DNA of 64,000 nt from Flavobacteriaceae bacterium (lineage in GTDB: Bacteria > Bacteroidota > Bacteroidia > Flavobacteriales > Flavobacteriaceae), in NCBI GenBank assembly GCA_013373105.1, contig JABXIJ010000003.1, positions 10,452-74,451 of the forward strand, written 5' to 3'. This document shows, piece by piece, positions 18,221 through 28,400 of the stretch. Every line of letters begins with the position of its first letter. The stretch's first letter is position 1. The translations under genes and the position numbers were made by a program. Below the pieces are notes generated by a model. The model searched no databases. It was given only the letters and a program-made list of their open reading frames with translations, and was not told where the DNA came from.

Positions 18221-19288
18221 ATGTCTAAAAAAACTTTTGCTTTACATGAAAAAGAGGGTGTTTCACAACCAGAAACTACCAATAAAATAAGTGCAGAAAT
18301 CATAAAAAAAAACAGAGCTAAACAAAATTCTATTGATGAATTCATTGCTAAAATTCTAAAAGGAAATATTACTTTCTTAAGTAAAGCTATAACTTTAGTA
18401 GAAAGTACAAATTCAAATCATCAAGAAAAAGCTAACAAAATTTTAGAAGCTTGTATGCCATTTGCAAACAATTCTATAAGAATTGGAATTACTGGTGTAC
18501 CTGGTGTTGGAAAAAGTACTTTTATAGAAGCTTTTGGCAAGTATTTAACTGGTCTAGGTAAAAAGGTTGCTGTCTTAGCTGTAGACCCAAGTAGCTCAAT
18601 AAATAAAGGTTCAATTTTAGGCGATAAAACCAGAATGGAACAGTTGGTGACTGATAAAAATGCTTTTATTAGACCTTCACCTTCAGGTACTTCTTTAGGT
18701 GGAGTTGCTCAAAAAACTAGAGAGAGTATTATTCTCTGTGAAGCTGCTGGTTTCGATACAATTTTAATTGAAACAGTTGGTGTAGGCCAATCTGAAACTT
18801 TAGTACATTCTATGGTAGACTTCTTTCTATTACTTAAACTTGCAGGTGCGGGTGATGAATTGCAAGGTATTAAAAGAGGAATTATAGAAATGTCAGATGC
18901 TATAGTAATTAATAAAGCTGATGGCGACAATGTAAAAGATGCTAAACTAGCAAAAGTTGAATTTAATAGAGCATTACATTTATATCCATTAAAAGAGAGT
19001 AACTGGCAACCAAAAGTACTTACTTCTAGTGCTATAAATAATATTGGCATAGATGGTATTTATAATATGGTTCAAGATTACATAAAGCTAACAAAAGAGA
19101 ATCACTATTTTTTTGAGAAGAGAAAAAACCAAAATAAATATTGGTTACTTTCTACAATAGAACAACAGTTAAAATCTAGGTTCTATGATAATCCAGAAGT
19201 AAAAAAAGCCCTAGAAAAAGAAATGTTGCAGTTAGACAATTCTAAAACAACACCTTTTAACGCAGCTAAAAGATTATTAAAACTATAA
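18221..19288 (+). CDS. meaB: Methylmalonyl-CoA mutase-associated G3E-family GTPase MeaB/ArgK
   Basis: It has the P-loop GITGVPGVGKST, ETVGVGQSE, and NKADG (NKxD). Confidence 0.85.
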   Translation: MSKKTFALHEKEGVSQPETTNKISAEIIKKNRAKQNSIDEFIAKILKGNITFLSKAITLVESTNSNHQEKANKILEACMPFANNSIRIGITGVPGVGKSTFIEAFGKYLTGLGKKVAVLAVDPSSSINKGSILGDKTRMEQLVTDKNAFIRPSPSGTSLGGVAQKTRESIILCEAAGFDTILIETVGVGQSETLVHSMVDFFLLLKLAGAGDELQGIKRGIIEMSDAIVINKADGDNVKDAKLAKVEFNRALHLYPLKESNWQPKVLTSSAINNIGIDGIYNMVQDYIKLTKENHYFFEKRKNQNKYWLLSTIEQQLKSRFYDNPEVKKALEKEMLQLDNSKTTPFNAAKRLLKL

Positions 19289-19298
19289 AATTAATACA

Positions 19299-20003
19299 AT
19301 GAAAAAAATATTTCTAGTTTTAGCTTTAGTACTTGCAAATAATATCATGTTCTCACAGAAAATTAATGGTGCTTGGGAAACAAAAGTTAAAAATAATAAA
19401 GGTATCATTATTAAAACTATAATAACATTTGTAGACGGTTTCTATGTAATTACAAATTTTACTGAAACAAATGGTGAGTTTATAAATACATCAGGTGGTT
19501 CTTGGATCGTACAAAACAACCAATTAAAGAGCCTAATAGAGTTTGATTATGTGCACCCTAAAAATGTAGGCACAACTTATTCAATGAAAATTACTATAAA
19601 CGAAAACATATTAAAACTTAATGACATAGAATATACCAGAATCGATAATGGAACACCAGGAAAATTAAATGGTGCATGGTTAATGTCTGGCAGAAAAAGA
19701 AATGGAGAAATTCAAAGTAGAGATACTTCTAGACCAAGAAAAACAATGAAAATACTCTCTGGAAGTCGTTTTCAATGGATTGCCTATAATACAGAAACCA
19801 AACAATTTATGGGAACTGGGGGTGGAACTTATTCAACTGTTAATGGTAAATACACAGAAAATATAGAGTTCTTTTCTAAAGACAAAACTAGAGTTGGTAT
19901 GAGCTTAGTATTCAATTATGAATTGGTTGATGGTAATTGGCATCATTCAGGGAAATCTAGCAAAGGAGCTCCTATTTACGAAATTTGGAGTATAAGAAAA
20001 TAG
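19299..20003 (+). CDS. Secreted hypothetical protein with two internally similar halves
   Basis: After the signal peptide there are two related segments. They begin INGAWETK... and LNGAWLMSG..., and each contains GG(S/T)(W/Y). The ORF is 234 aa and lies 10 nt after meaB. Confidence 0.55.
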   Translation: MKKIFLVLALVLANNIMFSQKINGAWETKVKNNKGIIIKTIITFVDGFYVITNFTETNGEFINTSGGSWIVQNNQLKSLIEFDYVHPKNVGTTYSMKITINENILKLNDIEYTRIDNGTPGKLNGAWLMSGRKRNGEIQSRDTSRPRKTMKILSGSRFQWIAYNTETKQFMGTGGGTYSTVNGKYTENIEFFSKDKTRVGMSLVFNYELVDGNWHHSGKSSKGAPIYEIWSIRK

Positions 20004-20017
20004 ATTAATACTTAATT

Positions 20018-20051
20018 AAAAAAAAACGCTAAGAAATCTTAGCGTTTTTTT
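20018..20051. terminator. Bidirectional rho-independent terminator
   Basis: The sequence is A9-cgctaag-aaat-cttagcg-T7, between convergent genes. Confidence 0.8.
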
Positions 20052-20067
20052 ATTCTTTAAATAATCA

Positions 20068-20673
20068 TTATAAAGTTTTAATAGAACAACCTATTGCTTT
20101 TGTATTGGTAACAGATGGTTTTTTTCCTGCCAATAATTCATCAACTACATTCTCTACATACTTTTCTTTTACAGATTTTGGATCTCTAGAACTATCATCT
20201 ATTGCACCTATATATTGAACTTTCATATCATTTTTTGTAACAATAAATACATGTGGAGTTCTAGAAGCACCAAATTTTGGATATACTTTTTGTCCTTCAT
20301 CAAGTAAGTAAGGAAAATTGAACTCTTTTTCCTCAGCTCTTACCTTCATTTTATCTAAACTATCTCCAGGTTGTGCTGCTGGATCATTAGGATTGATTGC
20401 TATAACAGGGAATCCTTTATCTTCATATTTATCATTTAATGCTATAATTCTGTCTTCATTAGCAACAGAATATGGGCAGGTATTACATGTAAAAATGATA
20501 ATGAATCCTTTAGCATCATCATAGTCAGATAAAGATATTTTATCTCCATCTGTGCTAGTTAATTTAAAGTCTTCTATAGTATCTCCTACTTTGTATCCAT
20601 CTACAGGTATTGTTGTAAAAGCAGCAGTAAGAAGTACTAATGCAATTACAATGATTGATTTAATTATTTTCAT
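20068..20673 (-). CDS. Thioredoxin-fold (redoxin/AhpC-TSA-like) protein, secreted
   Basis: It has a signal peptide, a CxxC-like centre FTCNTCPYS, and the conserved downstream RTPHVFI block. Confidence 0.75.
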   Translation of the reverse strand: MKIIKSIIVIALVLLTAAFTTIPVDGYKVGDTIEDFKLTSTDGDKISLSDYDDAKGFIIIFTCNTCPYSVANEDRIIALNDKYEDKGFPVIAINPNDPAAQPGDSLDKMKVRAEEKEFNFPYLLDEGQKVYPKFGASRTPHVFIVTKNDMKVQYIGAIDDSSRDPKSVKEKYVENVVDELLAGKKPSVTNTKAIGCSIKTL

Positions 20674-20676
20674 AAT

Positions 20677-21198
20677 TTAAAGGTTTAAAAATGTTTTAAG
20701 TTCAGTTTCTAGGGTTTTATAATCAAAAGATTGTTCGTAAAATTTACGTTTTTTGGTATTGTAAATTAGAGTTGCAGGTAAAGCTCCACTCCAAGTAGAA
20801 TCTATGGCATTAATCCATATATTTTCATTTGGATCATCTAAAAGCAAGACTTCAGATTTAATATTTCTTTTATTAATAAATGGAATTAATTTTTTTTCAA
20901 CTTGCTTTGGAAAATCTAAACTCACCAATAATACCTCTACATTTTCTGCTGCATATTCCTTACCAATCTTTTCGAAATATGGCAATTCTTTTACACAAGG
21001 TGCACACCAAGTTGCCCAAAAATTTACAACATGAGTTTTAGAATCATTCTTAATTAAATAAGGCTTTAATTCGTTATAGTTTAACGATTTAACTGAGTTT
21101 ATGTTATTTGCTTTTTTAGTAGTGTTTTCAACTTTATCATTCTTTTTACATGATAAAAACAGAATTGAAAATACAAATACAATAGATATTTTTTTCAC
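20677..21198 (-). CDS. TlpA-like thiol:disulfide oxidoreductase lipoprotein
   Basis: It has a lipobox (LFLSC) and the thioredoxin active site WATWCAPC. Confidence 0.85.
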   Translation of the reverse strand: MKKISIVFVFSILFLSCKKNDKVENTTKKANNINSVKSLNYNELKPYLIKNDSKTHVVNFWATWCAPCVKELPYFEKIGKEYAAENVEVLLVSLDFPKQVEKKLIPFINKRNIKSEVLLLDDPNENIWINAIDSTWSGALPATLIYNTKKRKFYEQSFDYKTLETELKTFLNL

Positions 21199-21302
21199 CG
21201 TGCTTAAAATTACTCAAAATAAAAATTGAATAATTTTTTTTAACGCAATCTTAACTAAAAAAGATTAGCTACTCTCTTCTTAAAATCCTAAATATTAAAA
21301 TA

Positions 21303-22085
21303 TTAGTCAAAAATATCGTTTAATACTTTTGCTAAACGAATACCTCCTTTTTGTAATTGTTCTCTTACAATTGGAAAATATAAATATGAATACCTATAAC
21401 TTAATTTTTCACCTGATTTAGCAGAATTGTAAACTTTTTGGGTAATTTTTCTAGTGTCATACATCCAATCTATAACACTTCCTTGCTGAAGTTCTTTAAT
21501 TTCTTCTTTAGATAATTCTTTAGCATTATTTGCTAATTCTAAATAACTCATGTTCCAACTTTCAATCATTTTTGTATCCCAAACACTATGTAAGTTTGTA
21601 CCTTCGTTAAACCATCTAAGCTGTATATCATTTCCACCTTTATCTTCTGCCCTACCAATGTGCAATGGTTGATGTAAATCTCCCATTAAATGCACTAACA
21701 TTTTTAAATAAAATACTTTATCTTCTGTGGAACTATTTTCATCTTTTAAGGTTTTTATGCAAAAGTTAATACCATAAATAATGTCTCCATTTTCATTTCT
21801 TTCTTTTGGATCATATTCACCTGCAATTGGAAAATTAACGTAATGCCAAGGACTAAACTTTCTATATTCTCTATCTGATTTAATTTCATCAGCATATGTA
21901 GATACAAATGCTAAACTCTCTCCTTTTAAAAGTTTATTAATTTTTCTCTTTGTTTTTCTAGAGAGATGATTTTCTGCTATTTTACCTGTTACTCTATGTC
22001 CATTTTGACCCCAAAAATCTACTTCTTCATGCGTTGGACTTGCGAATAATAAAAAAGGAATGATTAGTAATAATTTAAATTTCAT
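21303..22085 (-). CDS. S1/P1-family zinc nuclease (secreted)
   Basis: The mature N-terminus is WGQNGH (Trp zinc ligand). HLMGDLHQPLH, GGN and HSVWD blocks are present. Confidence 0.85.
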   Translation of the reverse strand: MKFKLLLIIPFLLFASPTHEEVDFWGQNGHRVTGKIAENHLSRKTKRKINKLLKGESLAFVSTYADEIKSDREYRKFSPWHYVNFPIAGEYDPKERNENGDIIYGINFCIKTLKDENSSTEDKVFYLKMLVHLMGDLHQPLHIGRAEDKGGNDIQLRWFNEGTNLHSVWDTKMIESWNMSYLELANNAKELSKEEIKELQQGSVIDWMYDTRKITQKVYNSAKSGEKLSYRYSYLYFPIVREQLQKGGIRLAKVLNDIFD

Positions 22086-22131
22086 AAAATATTTGTTCTA
22101 TTACCACAAAAGTAAAAAATAAAAACATGTA

Positions 22132-22139
22132 TAAATTTG
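22132..22139 (+). promoter_or_regulatory. Candidate Bacteroidota -7 promoter box (TAnnTTTG)
   Basis: TAAATTTG lies 62 nt upstream of the SPFH gene start. No well-spaced -33 TTG was seen, so this is weak. Confidence 0.3.
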
Positions 22140-22200
22140 GAAATTTAATTTTTTTTAATATCTTTATGATATCATTTTAATATTATATTAATTTAACATT

Positions 22201-23061
22201 ATGGAGGAAGAGAAAATTATTAAACCAGCGAATGGTTATTTAATGCTAGTCGTGGTTTTAGTGCTTTTAATTGGTAGTATAACTTTTGCTATTCAACAAG
22301 AAAACGCTTGGTATGTAATTATTACTGTAATTAGTTTTATTGGTTTGTTTGGTTTTATTCTGGTAAACCCTAACACATCAAAAGTTATTTTACTTTTTGG
22401 AAAGTACATTGGCACAATTAAGAAAAATGGTTTGTATTGGGCTAACCCTTTTTACACTAAAAAGAAGATTTCTTTAAGAGCTAGTAACTTTGACAGTGAA
22501 CGTTTAAAGGTTAACGACAAACTTGGTAACCCAGTTATGATTTCAACCATTTTAGTATGGAGAGTTACCAACACTTACAAGGCTGCTTTTGATGTTGATA
22601 ATTACGAAAATTTTGTTCGAGTTCAAACTGATGCTGCAGTTAGAAAATTAGCAAGCATGTATCCTTATGATAATTTTGCTGATGAAGGCCATGATGAAGA
22701 TATTACTTTACGTTCAAGTGTTAATGAAGTTTCTGAAACTTTAGAAAAAGAACTAGAAGAGCGTTTAGCAATTGCAGGAATAGAAGTTTTAGAAGCTAGA
22801 ATTGGTTATTTAGCTTATGCGCAAGAAATTGCTTCTGCAATGCTAAAAAGACAACAAGCTACAGCTATTGTTGCAGCAAGACATAAAATAGTTGAAGGCG
22901 CTGTTAGTATGGTAGAAATGGCTTTAGAAGAATTAAATAAAAAAGAAATTGTTGAACTAGATGAAGAGCGTAAAGCTGCAATGGTAAGTAACTTAATGGT
23001 TATTCTTTGTGGTGATAAAGAAGCTTCACCAGTAGTAAATGCAGGAACATTAAATCATTAA
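22201..23061 (+). CDS. SPFH/band-7 domain membrane protein
   Basis: Two N-terminal TM helices are followed by an SPFH core (LKVNDKLGNPVMISTILVWRV...). An Ala/Glu-rich coiled-coil tail follows. Confidence 0.8.
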   Translation: MEEEKIIKPANGYLMLVVVLVLLIGSITFAIQQENAWYVIITVISFIGLFGFILVNPNTSKVILLFGKYIGTIKKNGLYWANPFYTKKKISLRASNFDSERLKVNDKLGNPVMISTILVWRVTNTYKAAFDVDNYENFVRVQTDAAVRKLASMYPYDNFADEGHDEDITLRSSVNEVSETLEKELEERLAIAGIEVLEARIGYLAYAQEIASAMLKRQQATAIVAARHKIVEGAVSMVEMALEELNKKEIVELDEERKAAMVSNLMVILCGDKEASPVVNAGTLNH

Positions 23062-23064
23062 TTT

Positions 23065-23226
23065 ATGAAAGAATACAGAGTAATTCAACCTAAAAAGTTA
23101 GGTTTTAGACATAGGTATGCAAATTTCGAAGATATTTTAAATCAACATGCTAGAGAAGGCTGGAGAGTTGTAGATATTTCTCAATCATGGACTTATGTAG
23201 TTTTTGAAAGAGATAAAAACAGGTAA
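23065..23226 (+). CDS. Small DUF4177-like protein (53 aa), absent from the supplied ORF track
   Basis: I translated it by hand: MKEYRVIQPKKLGFRHRYANFEDILNQHAREGWRVVDISQSWTYVVFERDKNR*. It starts 4 nt after the SPFH stop. The pattern (YK/YRV...EGWRVV...VFER) matches my memory of DUF4177. Confidence 0.5.
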   Translation: MKEYRVIQPKKLGFRHRYANFEDILNQHAREGWRVVDISQSWTYVVFERDKNR

Positions 23227-23245
23227 CATTAATTTCTAATTGAAA

Positions 23246-23752
23246 ATGAAAGTTTTTAAAGAAGAACAACGATTTGCACAAACTTGGCTAATTTTAATTT
23301 TAACATTTAGCAACTTATTAATAGTTGGTATTATGTTAAATGAATTTACTAAAGAAAATAGTAGTCTAAATATTGAAACACTTATAATCACTATTAGTTT
23401 AATATTATTGTTTACAACTCCTATATTCTTCTTTAAACTAATTACAAAGATTGATGAAAAGGGTATTCATTATCAGTTTTTTCCTTTACAATGGAAACTA
23501 AAATTAATTCAATGGAATGAAATTAACAGTGCCTATGTTAGAAATTACGATCCAATTGGTGAGTATGGAGGATGGGGTTTAAAAGGAGGAGCACTTTGGA
23601 GAAAGAGTAAAGGAAAAGCTATTAATGTATCTGGTGATATTGGTATTCAATTAGAACTTAAAAATGGAAAAAAGTTATTAATAGGTACACAGTTAAAGAC
23701 TGATGCAGAAAATGTTTTAAAAACCTATAAACAAAAATTAAATTATGAGTAG
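23246..23752 (+). CDS. Hypothetical membrane protein (2 TM plus a possible PH-like C-terminal domain)
   Basis: The ATG is at 23246 (the listed start at 23240 is TTG). Two hydrophobic helices are followed by a soluble ~90-aa domain. It overlaps the next gene by 8 nt. Confidence 0.55.
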   Translation: MKVFKEEQRFAQTWLILILTFSNLLIVGIMLNEFTKENSSLNIETLIITISLILLFTTPIFFFKLITKIDEKGIHYQFFPLQWKLKLIQWNEINSAYVRNYDPIGEYGGWGLKGGALWRKSKGKAINVSGDIGIQLELKNGKKLLIGTQLKTDAENVLKTYKQKLNYE

Positions 23753-24188
23753 TTTAGAAAAAAACATCATTTTAGGAATTAGCCTAATAATCACGCTATT
23801 TGCATGGGGTTTTGTTGGAGTAAATTACTCAAATTTACCAGAAGAAGTTGTAGCTCATATGGATTTACAAGGCAATGTAAATAGGTATGATTCAAAGATT
23901 ATACTTTGGTTTCTTCTTAGCATTTTTACAATATTAATGGTACTTTTTTTCAGATTGACAAAAAATGTAAATCAAAAACAATACTCAGGAAATAATGTTG
24001 CTAAATCTGTTTTTGTTTGGTTAGTTGCCTATTTAAGTATTGTACTTTTTGGTCTTTGTAAATTAATTATAAATAAAACATTAATACCAGAGTATAATAC
24101 AAATACTTTTTTTATAATATTTTTAGGTTTAACTTTTCTACTAGTGTTATACTCCAGTACAACTTCAATTAAAAATTCTAGAAAATGA
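23745..24188 (+). CDS. DUF1648-like membrane protein
   Basis: The N-terminal TM is followed by NLPEEVVAHMDLQGNVNRYDSK. This resembles the DUF1648/SdpI N-terminal signature. There are 4 TM segments. Confidence 0.55.
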   Translation: MSSLEKNIILGISLIITLFAWGFVGVNYSNLPEEVVAHMDLQGNVNRYDSKIILWFLLSIFTILMVLFFRLTKNVNQKQYSGNNVAKSVFVWLVAYLSIVLFGLCKLIINKTLIPEYNTNTFFIIFLGLTFLLVLYSSTTSIKNSRK

Positions 24189-25117
24189 TGTACTTTTTTT
24201 CTTACATAACAATTTTCTTTTTTAGTTCAATTTTGTCTTTAACACAGATAAAAAAAGAAGAAATTACAATTGAGAATGGCTCAATTCAACTTCCAGGTAC
24301 TTTAACTTATACAGAAGATAATTCACCTTTAATTATATGGGTTCATGGATCTGGAAATATCGACAGAAATGGCAATCAAAAACCTATGGTAAATGCCAAT
24401 TATATAGAACAGTTTAGAGTTGAAATCAATAAAAAAGGAATAGCTTTTTTTAGTTATGATAAACGAACTTCTAATTCAGCTAACATGAAAATTATTCAAA
24501 AAGAAGGTATCGTTTTTAATGATTTTGTAAATGATGTAAAAAAAGTGATTCAGCATTTTAAAAAAGACAATCGTTTTTCTGAAATAATTTTAATTGGCCA
24601 CAGTCAAGGATCACTGATTGCTATGTTAGCTGCAGAAAATGTAAACAAATATATTTCTTTGGCAGGAGCTGGAGAAACTATTGATAAAACACTTATAAGG
24701 CAGGTTTCTAAACAAAGTGTAGCTTATGGTAAAATTATAGAAACACATATTAAAGAATTAAAAGAAACAGGAGAAATCAAGAAAGTGAATCCTAATCTTT
24801 TATCATTATTTGCAAAACCTAATCAACCTTTTATGGCTTCTTGGATGAAAGTAAATCCTATAGAAGAAATAAAAAAATTAAGTATTCCTGTTTTAATAAT
24901 AAATGGCGATAAAGACATTCAAGTTCGTGTAGAAGATGCTAATAATCTACATGATGCAAAACCAGATGCAACGTTTATTATTGTAAAAAACATGAATCAT
25001 GTTTTAAAAGATATAGAAAAAGATGAAGATAATATTAAATCTTATATGACTCCAGATTTTAAAATATCTGAAGAACTAGTAGAAGTAATTTCAAAATTTA
25101 TAAAAACTAAAGTATAA
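24185..25117 (+). CDS. Alpha/beta-fold hydrolase
   Basis: It has the nucleophile elbow GHSQGS, an oxyanion-region HGSG, and late D/H candidates (NGDKD, NHV). It overlaps the upstream gene (ATGA). Confidence 0.8.
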   Translation: MMYFFSYITIFFFSSILSLTQIKKEEITIENGSIQLPGTLTYTEDNSPLIIWVHGSGNIDRNGNQKPMVNANYIEQFRVEINKKGIAFFSYDKRTSNSANMKIIQKEGIVFNDFVNDVKKVIQHFKKDNRFSEIILIGHSQGSLIAMLAAENVNKYISLAGAGETIDKTLIRQVSKQSVAYGKIIETHIKELKETGEIKKVNPNLLSLFAKPNQPFMASWMKVNPIEEIKKLSIPVLIINGDKDIQVRVEDANNLHDAKPDATFIIVKNMNHVLKDIEKDEDNIKSYMTPDFKISEELVEVISKFIKTKV

Positions 25118-25135
25118 AGGCAAAAGAAAAATAAA

Positions 25136-25300
25136 ATGTCAAAAAAGAAAGCATTTGCATTACGAATAAATGAAGATATGATGAAAGCAATTGAAAAATG
25201 GGCTGCAGATGAATTTCGTTCTACAAACGGACAAATAGAATGGATGTTAATGCAGCAATTAAAAGAATCAGACAGATCTCCTAAAAAGAAAGAATTCTAA
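25136..25300 (+). CDS. Small ribbon-helix-helix (Arc/MetJ-like) protein candidate (54 aa), absent from the supplied ORF track
   Basis: I translated it by hand: MSKKKAFALRINEDMMKAIEKWAADEFRSTNGQIEWMLMQQLKESDRSPKKKEF*. A basic N-terminal beta-strand (KKAFALRI) plus two short helices is the RHH pattern. Confidence 0.45.
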   Translation: MSKKKAFALRINEDMMKAIEKWAADEFRSTNGQIEWMLMQQLKESDRSPKKKEF

Positions 25301-25402
25301 TACCCTATAATATACATAAGAAAAAAGAACGCTTAATTTTTATTGAGCGTTTTCTATTTTGTATCTTGTTGTCTTAAATTCAAAGAATTCAAACTTACAC
25401 AA

Positions 25403-28400
25403 ATGAAAAAATTTTTAACACTACTTTTATTAAGTGCTTCTAGCCTACTCTTTTCTCAAGAGTTTACTATGGATATGGTAAAAAATATGAAGCCAAGAAA
25501 CATTGGTCCAGGTGGAATGTCTGGACGTGTAACTGCTATTGATGTAGTAGAATCGAATCCAGATATTATGTATGTAGGTACAGCCTCTGGAGGTATTTGG
25601 AAATCTACTTCTGGTGGTATAAAATGGGAACCAATTTTCGATAAAGAAGCAACTGCTTCAATTGGTGCCATAGACATTCAACAATCTAATCCAAGTGTTA
25701 TTTGGGCAGGAACTGGAGAAGGAAACCCAAGAAACAGCTTAAATGGAGGATATGGAATCTATAAATCTTTAGATGCTGGAAGAACATGGAAACTAATGGG
25801 TCTTGAAAACACAAGACATATTCATAGAGTAATTGTTCATCCAACAAATCCTGATGTTGTTTATGTTGGCGCTATTGGATCTCCTTGGGGAGAACACAAA
25901 GAACGAGGTGTTTACAAAACTACAGATGGTGGTAAAACTTGGAAACAAATATTATTTAACAATAATAAAACAGGAACCGCAGATTTAATTATGGATCCAT
26001 CAAATCCAAATAAGTTAATTGCGGCAATGTGGGAACACAAACGTGATCCTTGGTTTTTTAAATCAGGTGGTGAAGGTAGTGGTCTATACATTACTCATGA
26101 TGGAGGAGAAAACTGGAAGAAAATAACAGATAAAGAAGGTTTTCCAAAAGGTGAATTAGGTAGAATTGGTGTAGCAATTGCACCAAGTAACACAGATGTA
26201 ATTTATGCATTAGTAGAAGCTAAAAAAAATGCTTTATACAAAAGTGAAGATGGTGGTTTTACTTGGAAAATGATTAACAACAAACCAGGCATTGGAAACA
26301 GACCATTTTATTATTCAGAAATTTATGTAGACCCTCAAAACGAAAACAGATTATACACAGTTTTTACTTATGTAAATGTTTCTGAAGATGGAGGAAAATC
26401 TTTTAAAGAATTAATGCCAGCTTATGGAGTAAGCAATGGTGTTCATCCAGATCATCATGCTTGGTGGATTCATCCAAAAGATGGTTCATTTATGGTTGAT
26501 GGAAATGATGGAGGACTAAACATTACAAGAGATAGAGGCAAATCTTGGAGGTTTATTGGCAATATACCTGTAGCCCAATTTTATCATATTGCAGTAGATA
26601 ACGAATATCCTTATAATGTATATGGAGGAATGCAAGATAATGGCTCTTGGAGAGGACCTGCTTATGTTTGGAAAGCTCAAGGAATAAGAAACTCATATTG
26701 GCAAGAAATTAGTTTTGGTGATGGTTTTGACGTTGTTCCAGATAGAGATGATTCACGTTATGGATGGTCTATGAGTCAACAAGGAAATGTTGTTAGATAC
26801 GATTATATAACTGGTAATAATTATGGGGTAAGACCTACTCACCCAGATCCTAAAGTAGAATTACGTTTCAACTGGAATGCTGCAATAAATATCGATCCTT
26901 TTGACAATTCTACATTATATTTTGGTAGCCAATTTGTTCATAAATCAACAGACAAAGGACTAACTTGGAAAGTAATTTCGCCAGATTTAACAACTAACGA
27001 CCCAGAAAAGCAAAAACAAAGTGAAAGTGGTGGTTTAACTATGGATGCTACAGGTGCAGAAAACCATACTACCATATTAGTTATTGAACCTTCACCAATT
27101 GAAAAAGATATGCTTTGGGCAGCAACAGACGATGGTCAAGTACACTATACAACTGATGGTGGAGAGAATTGGACAAATGTTGCAAATAATATTAAAGGAT
27201 TACCTGCAAATAGTTGGATTACACAAATAAAGGCATCTAACAAAAATAAAGGTGAAGCTCTTTTAGTAGCAAACGACTATAGAAGATTTAACTATACACC
27301 TTATGCATATAGAACTACAAATTATGGTAAGTCTTGGGAACGTATTGTAGATGAAAATGATGTTATAAGTTATGCGCTTTGTATTATTGAAGACCCTGAA
27401 AACAAAAACTTACTATTTTTAGGAACAGATGATGGTTTATACATTTCAATTGATGCTGGAAATAAATGGACAAAATGGACATCTGGTTTCCCAACAGTAT
27501 CTGTAAAAGATTTAGTAATTCATCCAAGAGAACACGATTTAGTAATTGGCACTTTTGGTAGAGCAGCTTGGGTTTTAGATGATATTAGACCCCTAAGAGC
27601 AATTGCTAATGGAGGTGTGCTAGAAAAGAAAATGGAATTATTTTCTCCACCAACAGCATATCAAGCAGCATATCAACAACCAACTGGAAGTAGATTTGGA
27701 GCAGATGCAATTTATCATGGAGAAAATAGAAATGGAGGAGGAATTTTAACCTATTACATTAATAAGCCTGAAGAGAAAAAAGATAAAAACTCTTCAAAGA
27801 AAGGTAAAAAAGATGATAAAAAATCAGCTGTAAAATACGATTCTATTAAAATTGAAATATTTGATGGAAATAGACAAATTAGGACTTTAAAATTTAAAGC
27901 ACCTAAAGAAAATGGTATCCACAAAACAACTTGGTACTTAAGAGAAAAAGGGGTTAATAGACCTTCAAGAAGAATTAGAAACTCTAATTTTGAACCAGGC
28001 GGAGTTACTGTTAAGCCTGGTACTTATAGAGTTAAAATGACTTTTGGCGATGTTACTTCTGAACAGAATATTAAGGTAGAATTCGATCCTAGACTTACTA
28101 TTTCAGAAGCTGCAATAAATCAGCAATACAATGCTTCAAAAATGCTTGAAAAGCATCAAGAAAAAATGGCTGAAATAGTAAAACAGTTAGTAGAAAGTCA
28201 AAATACAGCTAATTCAATAAAGGCGGATTTAGCTAAAGAAGACAAAAAGAAATATAAAGAAGAAATTAAAGCTTCAACTGAAATTGCTAAAAAAATTGAA
28301 GATTTAATTGCTGTTTTTTTAGGTAAAATTGATAGAAGACAAGGTATTACTAGAAATCCTGAAGTAACAGTTTCTCAAAGATTTAGCCAAGCATCTAGGT

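Noticed and set aside
25328-25356. A weak hairpin (aacgct...agcgtt), considered as a terminator after the small RHH-like ORF.
   Set aside because: The stem is only 6 bp with a 12-nt loop and an interrupted T tract. This is not convincing enough to annotate.
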